This document shows, piece after piece, positions 19,906 to 29,435 of a stretch of 64,000 bases of DNA. The DNA is from Vulcanimicrobiota bacterium (GTDB lineage Bacteria; Vulcanimicrobiota; Vulcanimicrobiia; Eremiobacterales; Eremiobacteraceae), in assembly GCA_963812135.1 (NCBI GenBank), contig CAWETU010000001.1, positions 960,001 to 1,024,000 on the forward strand. Direction: 5' to 3'. Position 1 is the stretch's first letter; every line of letters begins with the position of its first letter. The notes beneath the pieces are model-generated. The model searched no databases. It was not told the origin of the DNA and worked only from the letters and a program-made list of their open reading frames with translations. A program made the translations under genes and the position numbers.

Positions 19906-20667
19906 AGGCACCATACACTCCCGCGGAGCTGATGGTCGTCGCTGCGGCGCGCGAGATCAAAGATGGCGAAGTCGTCTTCGTCGGGATGCGCTTGCCGCTC
20001 ATCGCCTTCGCGCTAGCCAAACGCGCGCACGCGCCCGACGCGATCGGGTTCTTCGAAAACGGCGTCTTGCGCGACACTCCATCGAACGAGCTGCTTTACA
20101 CGATGGGCGACCCGCCCAACATCGAGGGCGCTATGATGTGCTGTCGCATGACTACCGTCATGGGGCTTATGCAGAAGGGCGAGGTCGATCTCGGCTTCCT
20201 TGGCGGTGCTGAAGTCGACAAGTACGGCAACATCAACACGTCGTACATCGGCGACCCGCATAAACCCGAGGTGAAGCTGCCGGGCAGCGGCGGGCGCCGC
20301 GGACATCGCGTCACTGGCGCGCCGGTTCGTGGTTATCATCGAGCACAATGATCGGCGGCTGGTCGAACGGGTCAGCTACGTCACCTCGCCCGGCAACGGC
20401 GACGGCTCGCATTGGCGCGCGAACGAGGGGCTGCCACGCGGCGGACCGGCAGCGATCATCACGACGATGGGCGTGCTGCGCTTCGGCTTCGAATCCGGCG
20501 AAGCGTATCTCGACACCATTCATCCAGGCATCGCGGTCGAAGAGGTCAAGGCGAACACTGGTTGGCCGCTGATGGTGACACCGGTGCTCAAAACGACGCC
20601 GGAGCCGACGGAAGAAGAATTGCGCATCATCCGCGAGATCGATCCCAAACGGTTTTGGACGGCATAG
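19902..20667 (+). CDS. Family I CoA-transferase subunit B (GctB-like); one-base frameshift near 20295
   Basis: ELMVVAAAREI, FENG, GFLGGAEVDKYGNIN, LPGSGG; an extra G shifts the frame, which then continues ADIASLA...VSYVTSPG...VKANTGW. Confidence 0.88.
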
Positions 20668-20680
20668 TTTAATACAAAAC

Positions 20681-20711
20681 TGTAGCAAAGCAGCTACAAA
20701 TATGTTATACT
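20681..20711 (+). promoter_or_regulatory. Extended -10 promoter (TGnTATACT) with upstream operator-like palindrome
   Basis: TGTAGC-N6-GCTACA at 20681-20698; TATACT at 20706-20711, 7 nt before ATG 20719 (leaderless). Confidence 0.6.
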
Positions 20712-20718
20712 ACGCTTC

Positions 20719-21042
20719 ATGGATGGGCTTTTCGGTTCTCGCCTGAGGAGTGATACGTTGGTGGCTGTTGGCCGACTTGGCTCAACGTATGCTTCTGAAT
20801 TGGCAAAGCTGTTGCGAAGGCGTCCCATAGAAATCCAGCGCGCTCTGAGGTCTCTCGAGCAAGCGGGCTTGATCGTGACGCGCCGCATCGGTACAGTGCG
20901 GCTTGCCGAACTCAATCGGCGAAATCCCGACTATCCAGAATTGCTGGCGCTCTTGCTCAAACTAAGCGAGAGGCCTCTTTACCGCGAGCTGTGGGGCCGA
21001 ATCGGTCGCCGTCCGCGCTCGATGGGCAAGTCTCCGCGGTGA
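20719..21042 (+). CDS. Winged helix-turn-helix DNA-binding protein (putative antitoxin)
   Basis: YASELAKLL, IQRALRSLEQAGLIV HTH pattern; 107 aa. Confidence 0.75.
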   Translation: MDGLFGSRLRSDTLVAVGRLGSTYASELAKLLRRRPIEIQRALRSLEQAGLIVTRRIGTVRLAELNRRNPDYPELLALLLKLSERPLYRELWGRIGRRPRSMGKSPR

Positions 21043-21618
21043 ACATCAAAGGGTCTTCGTTGCTCGAGATAGCCGCTCTGGCCAGCAAGCAGCTGGCCCA
21101 AGACGGCATCGAATCCGCCGTGGTCGGTGGAAGCGCGATCACCGCATATGTTCAAGGTCACGTCCCATGACATTGATTTCGCAGCCATCAACGGAACAAC
21201 GCGCCGTGCCTTCGGGGAATCCTTGGCCAAACTTGGATTTCGAACCGAAGGTCGCGATTTCGTCCACCCACACACGAGTTTCTCCCTTGACTATGTCGCT
21301 GACACACCATTTGTCGATCAACGCGCGATTCACAAATTCACGACTTTGACAACGGTGATGGGGCCGGTTCGAGTTCTGAATTTCGAGGATGCGATCGCGG
21401 ACAGAATCGCAGCGTTCTTGCAGTGGTCGGATTCTCAGTCCCTGGAAGTCGCCGAGCGCGCGGTTGAGGCGTACTCGCAGAGGATTGCATGGAAATCCAT
21501 CGAGCGAGCCATCGATCTATTGGATGCAAGCGGAACTGACGGCGGGCCGCGCCTTGCATTGGCGAGGCGCCGGCTCGAGGGCGCCTGGCGACGGTCTCGG
21601 CGGTCCGCGCAACAATAA
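21039..21618 (+). pseudogene. Nucleotidyltransferase-fold protein (AbiEii/MenT-like), frameshifted near 21155
   Basis: GTG overlapping the upstream TGA reads ...AVVGGSAITAY; the next frame supplies TSHDIDF, completing a GG..A...DxD motif. Confidence 0.6.
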
Positions 21619-21696
21619 ATATTGGGCAATGCTCTACTTTGGCTCGCGTTTCGCTGACAAGGTCGAGGTCCGCGGTTTAGAGTAGACTTTAGGTGC

Positions 21697-21761
21697 GGCG
21701 GTGGAGTCCGCCCGCGCGCTTATCGAAGCCCGAACCGCCGACCACGGCCGATGACTCCTGA
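21697..21761 (+). ncRNA. Fluoride (crcB) riboswitch
   Basis: GGCGGTGGAGTCCGCC...AACCGCC...GGCCGATGACTCCT matches the consensus, including GGAGT/ACTCC pseudoknot pairing. Confidence 0.88.
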
Positions 21762-21795
21762 GCACGTTTGTCGTTAACGCTCGGGAGGTCGTGCC

Positions 21796-23019
21796 ATGCA
21801 TCCTTTTTTCAACGCATCGGTTCTTGAAAATACCTGGCTCATAGCGGCGCTATGGATGGTGCTCGCCTTTATCGGCGCGCTCATATCGGTCAGGCTGAAA
21901 ATCTCGGCGGCGCTCGTGGAGATCGCGCTCGGCATGCTCGCCGGCAATCTCATCGCGCTCACCACGAATAGCTGGATCGATTTCATCGCAGGTTTCGGCA
22001 GTATCATGCTCACGTATCTCGCGGGGGCTGAGATCGATCCAGACGTGATGCGACGCCAATGGCGGCCGGCTGTCCTCATCGGCGCAGTCTCCTTCGCCTT
22101 GCCGTTTCTCGGTGCACTCGGCTACTCGCTGTTCGTCAGCCACTGGTCACTTGAGGCGTCCAAAGTCGCTGGCGTCGCTATGTCGACGACGTCCGTCGCC
22201 GTCGTCTACGCCGTGATGCTCGAATCGGGCCTCGCCGGCAAACAATTCGGCCAGTTGATCCTTGCAGCGTGCTTCATCACGGATCTGGGCACCGTGCTTG
22301 CGTTGGCCCTCCTCTTTGCGAACTACGATGCGTGGCTCGTCTTGTTCGTCGGCGTCTCCGTGGTGGCGGTGCTGCTCGTGCCCAGATATCTGCCTGCGGC
22401 ATTCATGAAGATGGGCGACCGCGTGAGCGAACCCGGCACGCGACTGCTGTTCGCGATCATCCTGACACTCGCGGGTCTCGCGACGCTGGCGAAGAGCGAG
22501 GGCGTTTTGCCGGCGTATGTGCTCGGTTTCGCCTCGGCCGGTTTCTTGTTGTCGCACTTTGAATTCGCGCGACGCTTGCGTACGACGACGATGAGTCTGT
22601 TGACACCGTTCTACTTCATCAAGGCGGGCACGCTCGTGTCGGTCGTGCAGGTCTTCGCGGCATTCAAGACGGTGCTCGCGCTCTTCGCGGTCAAAGTGCT
22701 TGCAAAGGTGCTCGGCATATGGCCGGTTGCCCGCCGTTTCGGTTACTCCACGATCGATGCCACGTACCTGACGCTCATGATGGCCACCGGCCTGACGTTT
22801 GGCACCATCTCCGCGCTCTACGGCTTAAGCCACCACTACATCGACCAGCTCCAGTACAGCGCGCTCGTCACCGTTGTCATCGCGACCGCCATCATCCCCA
22901 CTTTGATCGCACAGATCCACTTCCCGCCGACGCAAGACGTGTTAGAGGCCGAGTCGGGCGGGCTTGAAGAGATCGAGGTCAGCTATGGTGGAACAGCGGC
23001 GTCTGCGCCAAGCCGTTGA
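21796..23019 (+). CDS. Cation:proton antiporter (CPA2/Kef-like)
   Basis: About 12 hydrophobic segments; LAGAEID, STTSVAVV, ACFITD, PFYFI. Confidence 0.88.
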   Translation: MHPFFNASVLENTWLIAALWMVLAFIGALISVRLKISAALVEIALGMLAGNLIALTTNSWIDFIAGFGSIMLTYLAGAEIDPDVMRRQWRPAVLIGAVSFALPFLGALGYSLFVSHWSLEASKVAGVAMSTTSVAVVYAVMLESGLAGKQFGQLILAACFITDLGTVLALALLFANYDAWLVLFVGVSVVAVLLVPRYLPAAFMKMGDRVSEPGTRLLFAIILTLAGLATLAKSEGVLPAYVLGFASAGFLLSHFEFARRLRTTTMSLLTPFYFIKAGTLVSVVQVFAAFKTVLALFAVKVLAKVLGIWPVARRFGYSTIDATYLTLMMATGLTFGTISALYGLSHHYIDQLQYSALVTVVIATAIIPTLIAQIHFPPTQDVLEAESGGLEEIEVSYGGTAASAPSR

Positions 23020-23614
23020 TGATGAACTGGATCGCCAGCGCGGACAAGATGATGCCGAGCAGCCGCGTCAACACGCCGACACCCGTCCGGCCGATCCACT
23101 TCAAGACCAGCGTCGCGCCGCGCATGCACAGCCACGTCGCCACCAACGCCAACGCATACGCGGCGTAGACGATCGTCGTCTTCGCGGTATCGCCGCGGCT
23201 AAGGTTCACGAGCAGCAGCACCGTCGCGATCGTGCCGGGACCCGCGATCATGGGAATCGCCAACGGGAAGATCGCCGCGTTCTCGCGCTCGATCGCCTCG
23301 CGTTCTTCCTCAGGCTTGGCGCGGGCGCCTGATGGCCGCGCGAAGAGCATGTCGATCGAGATCAACAACAGCAAGATGCCGCCGGCGATCGAAAAGGCGG
23401 GCAACGTGATGCTCAAGTACGTGAGCACGTAGCGCCCGACGAGCGCCATGAAGTAGATGACCAACGCGGCCACGATCACTGCGCGGTCGATCATGCGACG
23501 CCGCGCATCAGGCGGCGCCGACGCTGTCACAGACAACGACAACGGGACCATGCCGACCGGATCGATGATCGTCAAGGCAGTGGCAAACGCGGTGATGGCG
23601 AAGTGCAGCTCCAC
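22979..23614 (-). CDS. MarC family membrane protein
   Basis: IIDPVG, FSIAGGILL, FPLAIPMIAGPG, RLLGIILSALAIQ. Confidence 0.92.
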   Translation of the reverse strand: MELHFAITAFATALTIIDPVGMVPLSLSVTASAPPDARRRMIDRAVIVAALVIYFMALVGRYVLTYLSITLPAFSIAGGILLLLISIDMLFARPSGARAKPEEEREAIERENAAIFPLAIPMIAGPGTIATVLLLVNLSRGDTAKTTIVYAAYALALVATWLCMRGATLVLKWIGRTGVGVLTRLLGIILSALAIQFIINGLAQTPLFHHS

Positions 23615-23636
23615 GCGTCGCTAGTTCGCGACGGGG

Positions 23637-26330
23637 CTAGCGGCCTCCACCCGACTCGACGAGCGCGACGAACTTCTCGACCAGTTTGGGGTCAAATTGC
23701 GACCCGGCGCGGGCGCGCAACTCGCGAACGGCTTGTTCGTACTCGATGCGCTTGTGGTACGGCCGGTCGATGACCATGGCCGAATACGCGTCGATGAGCG
23801 CGACGATGCGCGCCAGGACCGGGATCTTGTCGCCGGCGAGGCCGTCCGGATAGCCTTTGCCGTCCCAACGCTCGTGATGATACCTCACGGCCTTGGCGGC
23901 GTCGGCAAAGCCAGGGATGTTCTCGATCAGCATCGCGCCGATGGTGACGTGGCGCTTGATCAGTTCGTATTCGGCGGGTGCCAGGCGCCCCGGCTTGGCC
24001 AGCAGGTTCGCGGGGAGCGCGATCTTGCCCACGTCGTGCAGCACGGACGCTCGCAGCAGCGAGTCCATGTCCTCTTTCTTAAGCGCCAGCGCGTTGCCGA
24101 ATTCGCGGGCGACGCGGTTGACGTGTTCGAGGTGGCTGCGCGTCGAGCGGTCGCGCGCCAGCAGCGCGGCGAGCAGCTCGGAGACGAGCCCGAAGTCGCC
24201 TTCGAGTCGCAATTGCGTCGTGCCGATGCGCTGCAAACGGGTGGCCGGCCGGCCCATGCGTTTGCTTTGGTACAATGCCGCGTCGGCCTTGGCGATCAGG
24301 TCAGCGGGCGTCTCGGCATCTTGCGGGAACAGCGCGTAGCCGATCGAGCATTTCACTGGGATCGCCGAGCCGTCGGCCAGGCGCAAGTCGCGCTCCTCGA
24401 GCTCGGCAGTGACGCGGTTGATGATGGTCTCGGTCTGCTCGCGCGTGGTCTCCGGTAGCACGACCATGAACTCGTCGCCGCCGTAGCGCCCGACGACGTC
24501 GGTCGAGCGGACGGCGCCCAACAGCACGCTTGTCACCATCTTGAGGGCGTCGTCGCCCACCAAGTGGCCGTACGTGTCGTTCACGTTCTTGAAATTATCC
24601 AGGTCCATCATGACGGCGGCGACCGTTTGGCCGGTCGTACGCGAGCGGCGCAGCTCTTCCTCAAGCCGCGTCTTGAGGTAACGGTGATGGTAGACGCCGG
24701 TCAGCGGGTCTTGGTCGGCGCGCGACTCGGCTTGGTCGTACAGCTGGGCGTTTTGGACGGCCACGGCCAGCTGCTCCGCGATCGCGGTCAGCAGGCGGAC
24801 ACTCGAGTCGTCATACGCGTTCTCGCGATAGGCCTGTGCGGACATCACGCCGATGCATTTGTTGCCCAAACGCAGCGGGGCCATCGCCAGCGAGCGGACG
24901 TTGCTCGTACTGTCGGTCCCGATGACGCCGTGCGGCTGGTTGTCGATCTCTTCAAGCGTCTGGAACACCAGCGTGCGGTTCGACGCCATGACGCGCTCGG
25001 CGATCGAGCTCTTCATCGGCGTGTCGCCCGGCTCCATGACGTTGTTACCTTCGATGAAATACTCCATGTGCAGCGCGTTGCCGTCTTCGGTGCGCAGGGC
25101 CACGAAGAAGCCGGGCGCTTCGATCACGCGTCGCACTTCTTCGCACACGGTCTGATACAGCGTGCGCAGGCTCAGCTGCGCCGCCAGCGCACGAGAGACC
25201 TCGGCGAGCATCTTGAGCTCGCGGGCCCGCTGGTCGGCTTGGACGACGGCTTGCGAGTTCTCGACCGCGATCGCGGCCTGTTCCGCGACGGCGACCACCA
25301 GGTCGCGATCGCGTTCGGAGTACGCATGTGGCCGCGAGCTCTGGACCGAGATGACGCCGATCGTGCGCGCGCCGATGCTCATCGGCACGACAAGCGCGGA
25401 CACGACGTCATCGCTGTTCGCGTCGCCGTGCATGATGTTAGGATAGGGCTTCCAGTCTTCGGGCGTGCGCATGAGCAGCGGCACGCCTTCGCGGAACACC
25501 TGGCCGCACAGCGAGCCTTGCAGCGGCATCGGCTCGACGACGTCGAGCACGCGATAGTGGTCGACGCAATACGGGATGGTCATCAGGCCCTGTTCCCAGG
25601 AACCCAGCGCCACCCAGAACGTCGACGCGTCGAGAACGCCCCCCAGCAGGCGGTGCAAACGATGGAAGAGCCGGCGCAGGTCGCGTTCGGACGCGAGCGC
25701 TCGCGCAGTCTCGAGCATGAGCCGCAGCTCTTGGCTGCGCGCGCGCGCTTCTTCGGCGGTGTTCTTGTTGCGAACCACGAGCGCGCCGACGTCGGCCGCG
25801 GCGGCGACGAACTCGAGCTCTTTCTCGCCGAAGACGCCGTCGCGCGGATTGCGCGTCGCGATATAGCCGAGATTACGGCCGTCATGGCGGATCGGCGCGA
25901 TGATCACCGAGCCGATGTTGGTCAACATGGTGCCGCGACTGGCAAGCGTCTGCGGCGCGCCGGCGGGCCGGCCGAACTGTAGCGCGCGTCCGGCGCGCAT
26001 CGCTTGCGCGACGAAGCCGCGCTCGATCACCGGCAGCGAATTGCGATCGTCGAGATTGCGTTGATAGCGGATGCGGAAGCCGTCGCGCGCGGTTGGATCG
26101 GCGGTGGCGGCGACAAGGATCGGCGTGTCGATGTACGAGCGCAGCGCGGTGTGGACGTGGCTGAAGAACTGTTCTTCCGGATGCCCAGCGGCAAGGGAAA
26201 GCAGCTGTGCGTAAAACGAGGACTCCCAGGGCAGCGTCGGTGTCTCGGAGCGGAGCAGCGGGTTGAAGCCCGTTGTCGCCGGCGTAGCCGGCCTCCACGC
26301 CGAAGGAACGCCTTTCCCTGGCTGTGGCAA
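23637..26330 (-). CDS. Multi-GAF diguanylate cyclase / HD-GYP phosphodiesterase hybrid
   Basis: Three GAF-like repeats, DPLTG, DLDNFK, RSTD I-site, RYGGDEF, LHDVGK, HHERWDGKGYP; start uncertain. Confidence 0.92.
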   Translation of the reverse strand: MPQPGKGVPSAWRPATPATTGFNPLLRSETPTLPWESSFYAQLLSLAAGHPEEQFFSHVHTALRSYIDTPILVAATADPTARDGFRIRYQRNLDDRNSLPVIERGFVAQAMRAGRALQFGRPAGAPQTLASRGTMLTNIGSVIIAPIRHDGRNLGYIATRNPRDGVFGEKELEFVAAAADVGALVVRNKNTAEEARARSQELRLMLETARALASERDLRRLFHRLHRLLGGVLDASTFWVALGSWEQGLMTIPYCVDHYRVLDVVEPMPLQGSLCGQVFREGVPLLMRTPEDWKPYPNIMHGDANSDDVVSALVVPMSIGARTIGVISVQSSRPHAYSERDRDLVVAVAEQAAIAVENSQAVVQADQRARELKMLAEVSRALAAQLSLRTLYQTVCEEVRRVIEAPGFFVALRTEDGNALHMEYFIEGNNVMEPGDTPMKSSIAERVMASNRTLVFQTLEEIDNQPHGVIGTDSTSNVRSLAMAPLRLGNKCIGVMSAQAYRENAYDDSSVRLLTAIAEQLAVAVQNAQLYDQAESRADQDPLTGVYHHRYLKTRLEEELRRSRTTGQTVAAVMMDLDNFKNVNDTYGHLVGDDALKMVTSVLLGAVRSTDVVGRYGGDEFMVVLPETTREQTETIINRVTAELEERDLRLADGSAIPVKCSIGYALFPQDAETPADLIAKADAALYQSKRMGRPATRLQRIGTTQLRLEGDFGLVSELLAALLARDRSTRSHLEHVNRVAREFGNALALKKEDMDSLLRASVLHDVGKIALPANLLAKPGRLAPAEYELIKRHVTIGAMLIENIPGFADAAKAVRYHHERWDGKGYPDGLAGDKIPVLARIVALIDAYSAMVIDRPYHKRIEYEQAVRELRARAGSQFDPKLVEKFVALVESGGGR

Positions 26331-26470
26331 GTTCTTAATCGCTCACGTCCTACTTCCGATTAACCGGGGTTCTCTATGTGACCGGGAGCAACGCCGTTTT
26401 GTGACATTTCTTAACGAGCAGTCGAGCGACCTCAAGGGGGCCCAAGGGGGCTGACCGAATCCCGAGCCGC

Positions 26471-26803
26471 GTGTTCCGCTCTATTGGACTTATCGTCATT
26501 GTTTTGGTCCTCGCCACAGGCTGTAACGTCCCTCCGCCCACCACCATCAAACCCGGGACGCTCCAGGGGGTGGTGACCGGGCCACAGGGACCCGTCGCAG
26601 GCGCCACGATCAGCGTGACCCCCACCGACAACTCCTACCATACCGGGCAGGCTGACTCGACTGGCTTTTACCAAGTCGCGGGCATCCCGGCCGGCTCGAT
26701 CGTGTTCACCGTGTCGGCGCCAGGCTATCAGACCTACACGGGCAGCGCGACCATCAACTCGGACGCCACGACCGTTCAGAACGTCAGCTTGAGCCTGAGC
26801 TGA
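26471..26803 (+). CDS. Lipoprotein with carboxypeptidase-regulatory-like domain
   Basis: Lipobox ATGC; GTLQGVV..PVAGATIS, VSAPGY. Confidence 0.8.
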   Translation: MFRSIGLIVIVLVLATGCNVPPPTTIKPGTLQGVVTGPQGPVAGATISVTPTDNSYHTGQADSTGFYQVAGIPAGSIVFTVSAPGYQTYTGSATINSDATTVQNVSLSLS

Positions 26804-28100
26804 CCTTGGATCTGGCGGCGTAGGCTTCGTCGAGCACTTCCACCAGATGTTTGACCTTCGTCCGTAGACCGCGTTCGAGCATGCCGGCTTGGATCTGCAT
26901 GTGGCAGCCCGGATTGCCGGTCACGAGATAGTCGGCGTTGGTCTCCTCGATCGCATCGAGTTTTTCCGCGAGGATCTTCGCCGACATCGCCGGTTGCGTG
27001 AGGCTGTACACGCCCGCCGCACCACAGCACCGGTCGGCGAAGGCGAGCTCGATGTAATCCAGCCCAGGGATCCCCTTTAACAACGCGCGCGGCTGGTTGC
27101 GGATGCGTTGCGCGTGTGCCAAGTGGCACGCGTCTTGATAGGTGACCCGTTTGCGCAACTCGCCGAAATCCGTGCGCACGCCAAGATCGAAGAGCAGCTC
27201 GCTCGCGTCTTTGACTTTGTTTGCGAAAGCGAGAGCCCGCTCGGCGTACTGCGGATCGTCGCGCAGCAACTCGCCGTACTCTTTCATGACCGCGCCGCAA
27301 CCGGCCGAATCGAGGACGATTGCGTCGACGTTGGCGCGCTCGAACGCGTCGATGTTGCGCCGCGCCATCACCTTGGCATATTCGCGTTCGCCGGCATGGA
27401 CGTTGAGCGCACCGCAGCACCATTGCTCGCGAGCGATCACGACCTCGCAGCCGTTGTGGCGCAACACGCGGGCCAACGCTTCGTGCACGTGACCGAACAG
27501 CGAACCCATCACGCAGCCGACGAACAGCCCGACGCGCGCGCGTCGCTCGCCTTCGGCGGGAATCGTCTCGGGCAACGCGCCGTGCGCGCCGCTGCCGTTG
27601 CGCGGGATCATGTCGAGCATCTTGCGCATGCGGCCGGGCGCGATCGCAGCTGCAAACGAAGCGAGCCATGGCAAACGTTGGAGCACGCGAGCGGGCGCCA
27701 TCATCAATTTGAAAAGACGCTCGTTGGGCAGCAGCCGCTCGAACGCGAGATGCCGGAAGCGGCGCCAGCCGCGGCGCTTAGTGGTCAGTTCCCCACGCTG
27801 CTCGACCTGATAGCGGCCGTATTCCATAAGGCGACCATACGGCACGCCGGACGGGCAGGCGGTCTCGCACGCGCGGCAGCCCAAGCAGACATACAGATGC
27901 TCGGCCAGGTGCTCGTCGATGTCCGCCACGCCGTCAGCGACCTGTTTCATAAGGAAGACGCGGCCGCGGGGGGAGTCCGCCTCGACCCGCAGCTCACGGT
28001 ACGTGGGACATGCTTGTTCGCACAGCCCGCAGCGCGTGCAGCGCCCGAGGTCGTCGTCCGAGGGCCGTTCGGGCCCCGCGTATCCCTTCGGCTCGATCAC
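26784..28100 (-). CDS. glcF: Glycolate oxidase-type iron-sulfur subunit
   Basis: Two CxxCxxCxxxCP ferredoxin motifs and CCG domains. Confidence 0.88.
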   Translation of the reverse strand: MIEPKGYAGPERPSDDDLGRCTRCGLCEQACPTYRELRVEADSPRGRVFLMKQVADGVADIDEHLAEHLYVCLGCRACETACPSGVPYGRLMEYGRYQVEQRGELTTKRRGWRRFRHLAFERLLPNERLFKLMMAPARVLQRLPWLASFAAAIAPGRMRKMLDMIPRNGSGAHGALPETIPAEGERRARVGLFVGCVMGSLFGHVHEALARVLRHNGCEVVIAREQWCCGALNVHAGEREYAKVMARRNIDAFERANVDAIVLDSAGCGAVMKEYGELLRDDPQYAERALAFANKVKDASELLFDLGVRTDFGELRKRVTYQDACHLAHAQRIRNQPRALLKGIPGLDYIELAFADRCCGAAGVYSLTQPAMSAKILAEKLDAIEETNADYLVTGNPGCHMQIQAGMLERGLRTKVKHLVEVLDEAYAARSKVSSGSS

Positions 28101-28103
28101 GCG

Positions 28104-29426
28104 CTAGATACCACCGAGAAATCCGCCGGGATCGAAGATGCCGGATGGATCAAGCTGCGCCTTGAGCCGGCGCTGCAGCTTCATGGGCGTGTGCGCCGGT
28201 AGCGGCGCGATGAATTCTTCGCGGCGCGCGGCGGGCGCCGAGAGATACTCGGCGGTCCATTGATTGGCGGCACATGCCTGCCATAGCATCGCGGGATCCG
28301 CCGATGCCGACGCGAGCGGCACGGACGCGTACACGACGCCCGCATATGGGTGCGCGGTGATCTCCGCCTCAGCCCACGACGTCCGTACGGCCGCTGCGAG
28401 CGCAAACGTTTGCGCCGGCGGCGCGACCAGCTTTGCGATGACGTAAGTCTCGGGGTCGTACGCGGCGCCACCTGCGAGCTCGGCGACGTCAGCCCAGGTC
28501 TGATCCACGAGCTCGTCGGGCAGATCGCGAATGGCGGCTGCGCCCGTCTCCTTGCAGATCGCCGCGGCGCCGTCGAATTGCGCATTGGTCGCGGCCCGCG
28601 AACCGCCGCATCGGACCACGAGCGTCCAGGGCGGCGGAGCAGCGCCCCGCAGAGTAGTGACGCGCTCGGCGGTCCGCTGGTCGTGGAGCGTCATCGCGAG
28701 GACGAACAAAGGCGAGGCGGAGATGGCAGTCGCGGCGGCGCACGCGCCCGCACAATCGGCATACGAGGCGACGAGCATGCGCTGCGCAGCGGGCAGCGGC
28801 GCCACTTTGATGATCACCTCGCCGATGAGTCCGAGCGTGCCGCGAGAACCGATAAACGCTTTGTGGGTGTCGTAGCCCGCGACGCTCTTGACCACTTTCG
28901 CGCCGCTAAACGCGACGAGCCCATCCGAAAGCGCGACGCGCATGCCGAGCACGTTGTCGCGCAGCGCGCCGTAACGCTGGCGCAGCGCGCCGTTCGCGTT
29001 GCTTGCGAGCGTGCCGCCCAACGTCGCGGTGGCGGCGAACGGAACATCGCTCGGAAAATGCTGTCCGTGCCTGCGCAGCTCGAATTGCAGATCGTGCATC
29101 GGCGTGCCGGCGGCGACGGTCGCGGTGAGGTCGCCTGGTTTGTGGTCGAGCACGCCGCGCAGCTCGGAGGTGTCGAGCACGGCGTCGAAGTCGGCGCGGC
29201 GCGGGGGGCGGTTCGATTTGGAGCCCGAGCCGCGGATCACGACCGTCGCGCGTTCGTCAGCGACGATCTTGATCGCAGCCGCGGCTTCGGCGACCGTGCG
29301 CGGCGAGAGCGCGAGCTTGGGCTGGACGCCGCCGACCGCGAAGCGCGCGCAGTCGTCGGGATGCACGCGGAAGCGCTCGCCGAGCACATCGCGCAAGGCG
29401 ACGGTGAACGGAGTCGATGCGAGCAT
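28104..29426 (-). CDS. glcE: Glycolate oxidase-type FAD-binding subunit
   Basis: DLTATVAAG, ATLGG, KVVKSVAGYD, GSRGTLG, LDPSGIFDPG. Confidence 0.85.
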   Translation of the reverse strand: MLASTPFTVALRDVLGERFRVHPDDCARFAVGGVQPKLALSPRTVAEAAAAIKIVADERATVVIRGSGSKSNRPPRRADFDAVLDTSELRGVLDHKPGDLTATVAAGTPMHDLQFELRRHGQHFPSDVPFAATATLGGTLASNANGALRQRYGALRDNVLGMRVALSDGLVAFSGAKVVKSVAGYDTHKAFIGSRGTLGLIGEVIIKVAPLPAAQRMLVASYADCAGACAAATAISASPLFVLAMTLHDQRTAERVTTLRGAAPPPWTLVVRCGGSRAATNAQFDGAAAICKETGAAAIRDLPDELVDQTWADVAELAGGAAYDPETYVIAKLVAPPAQTFALAAAVRTSWAEAEITAHPYAGVVYASVPLASASADPAMLWQACAANQWTAEYLSAPAARREEFIAPLPAHTPMKLQRRLKAQLDPSGIFDPGGFLGGI

Positions 29427-29435
29427 GGCGCGCGC

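Noticed and set aside
20280..20310. Programmed frameshift in CoA-transferase B
   Set aside because: A single extra G in a GGC run with no slippery heptamer; other indels in the window point to sequence error
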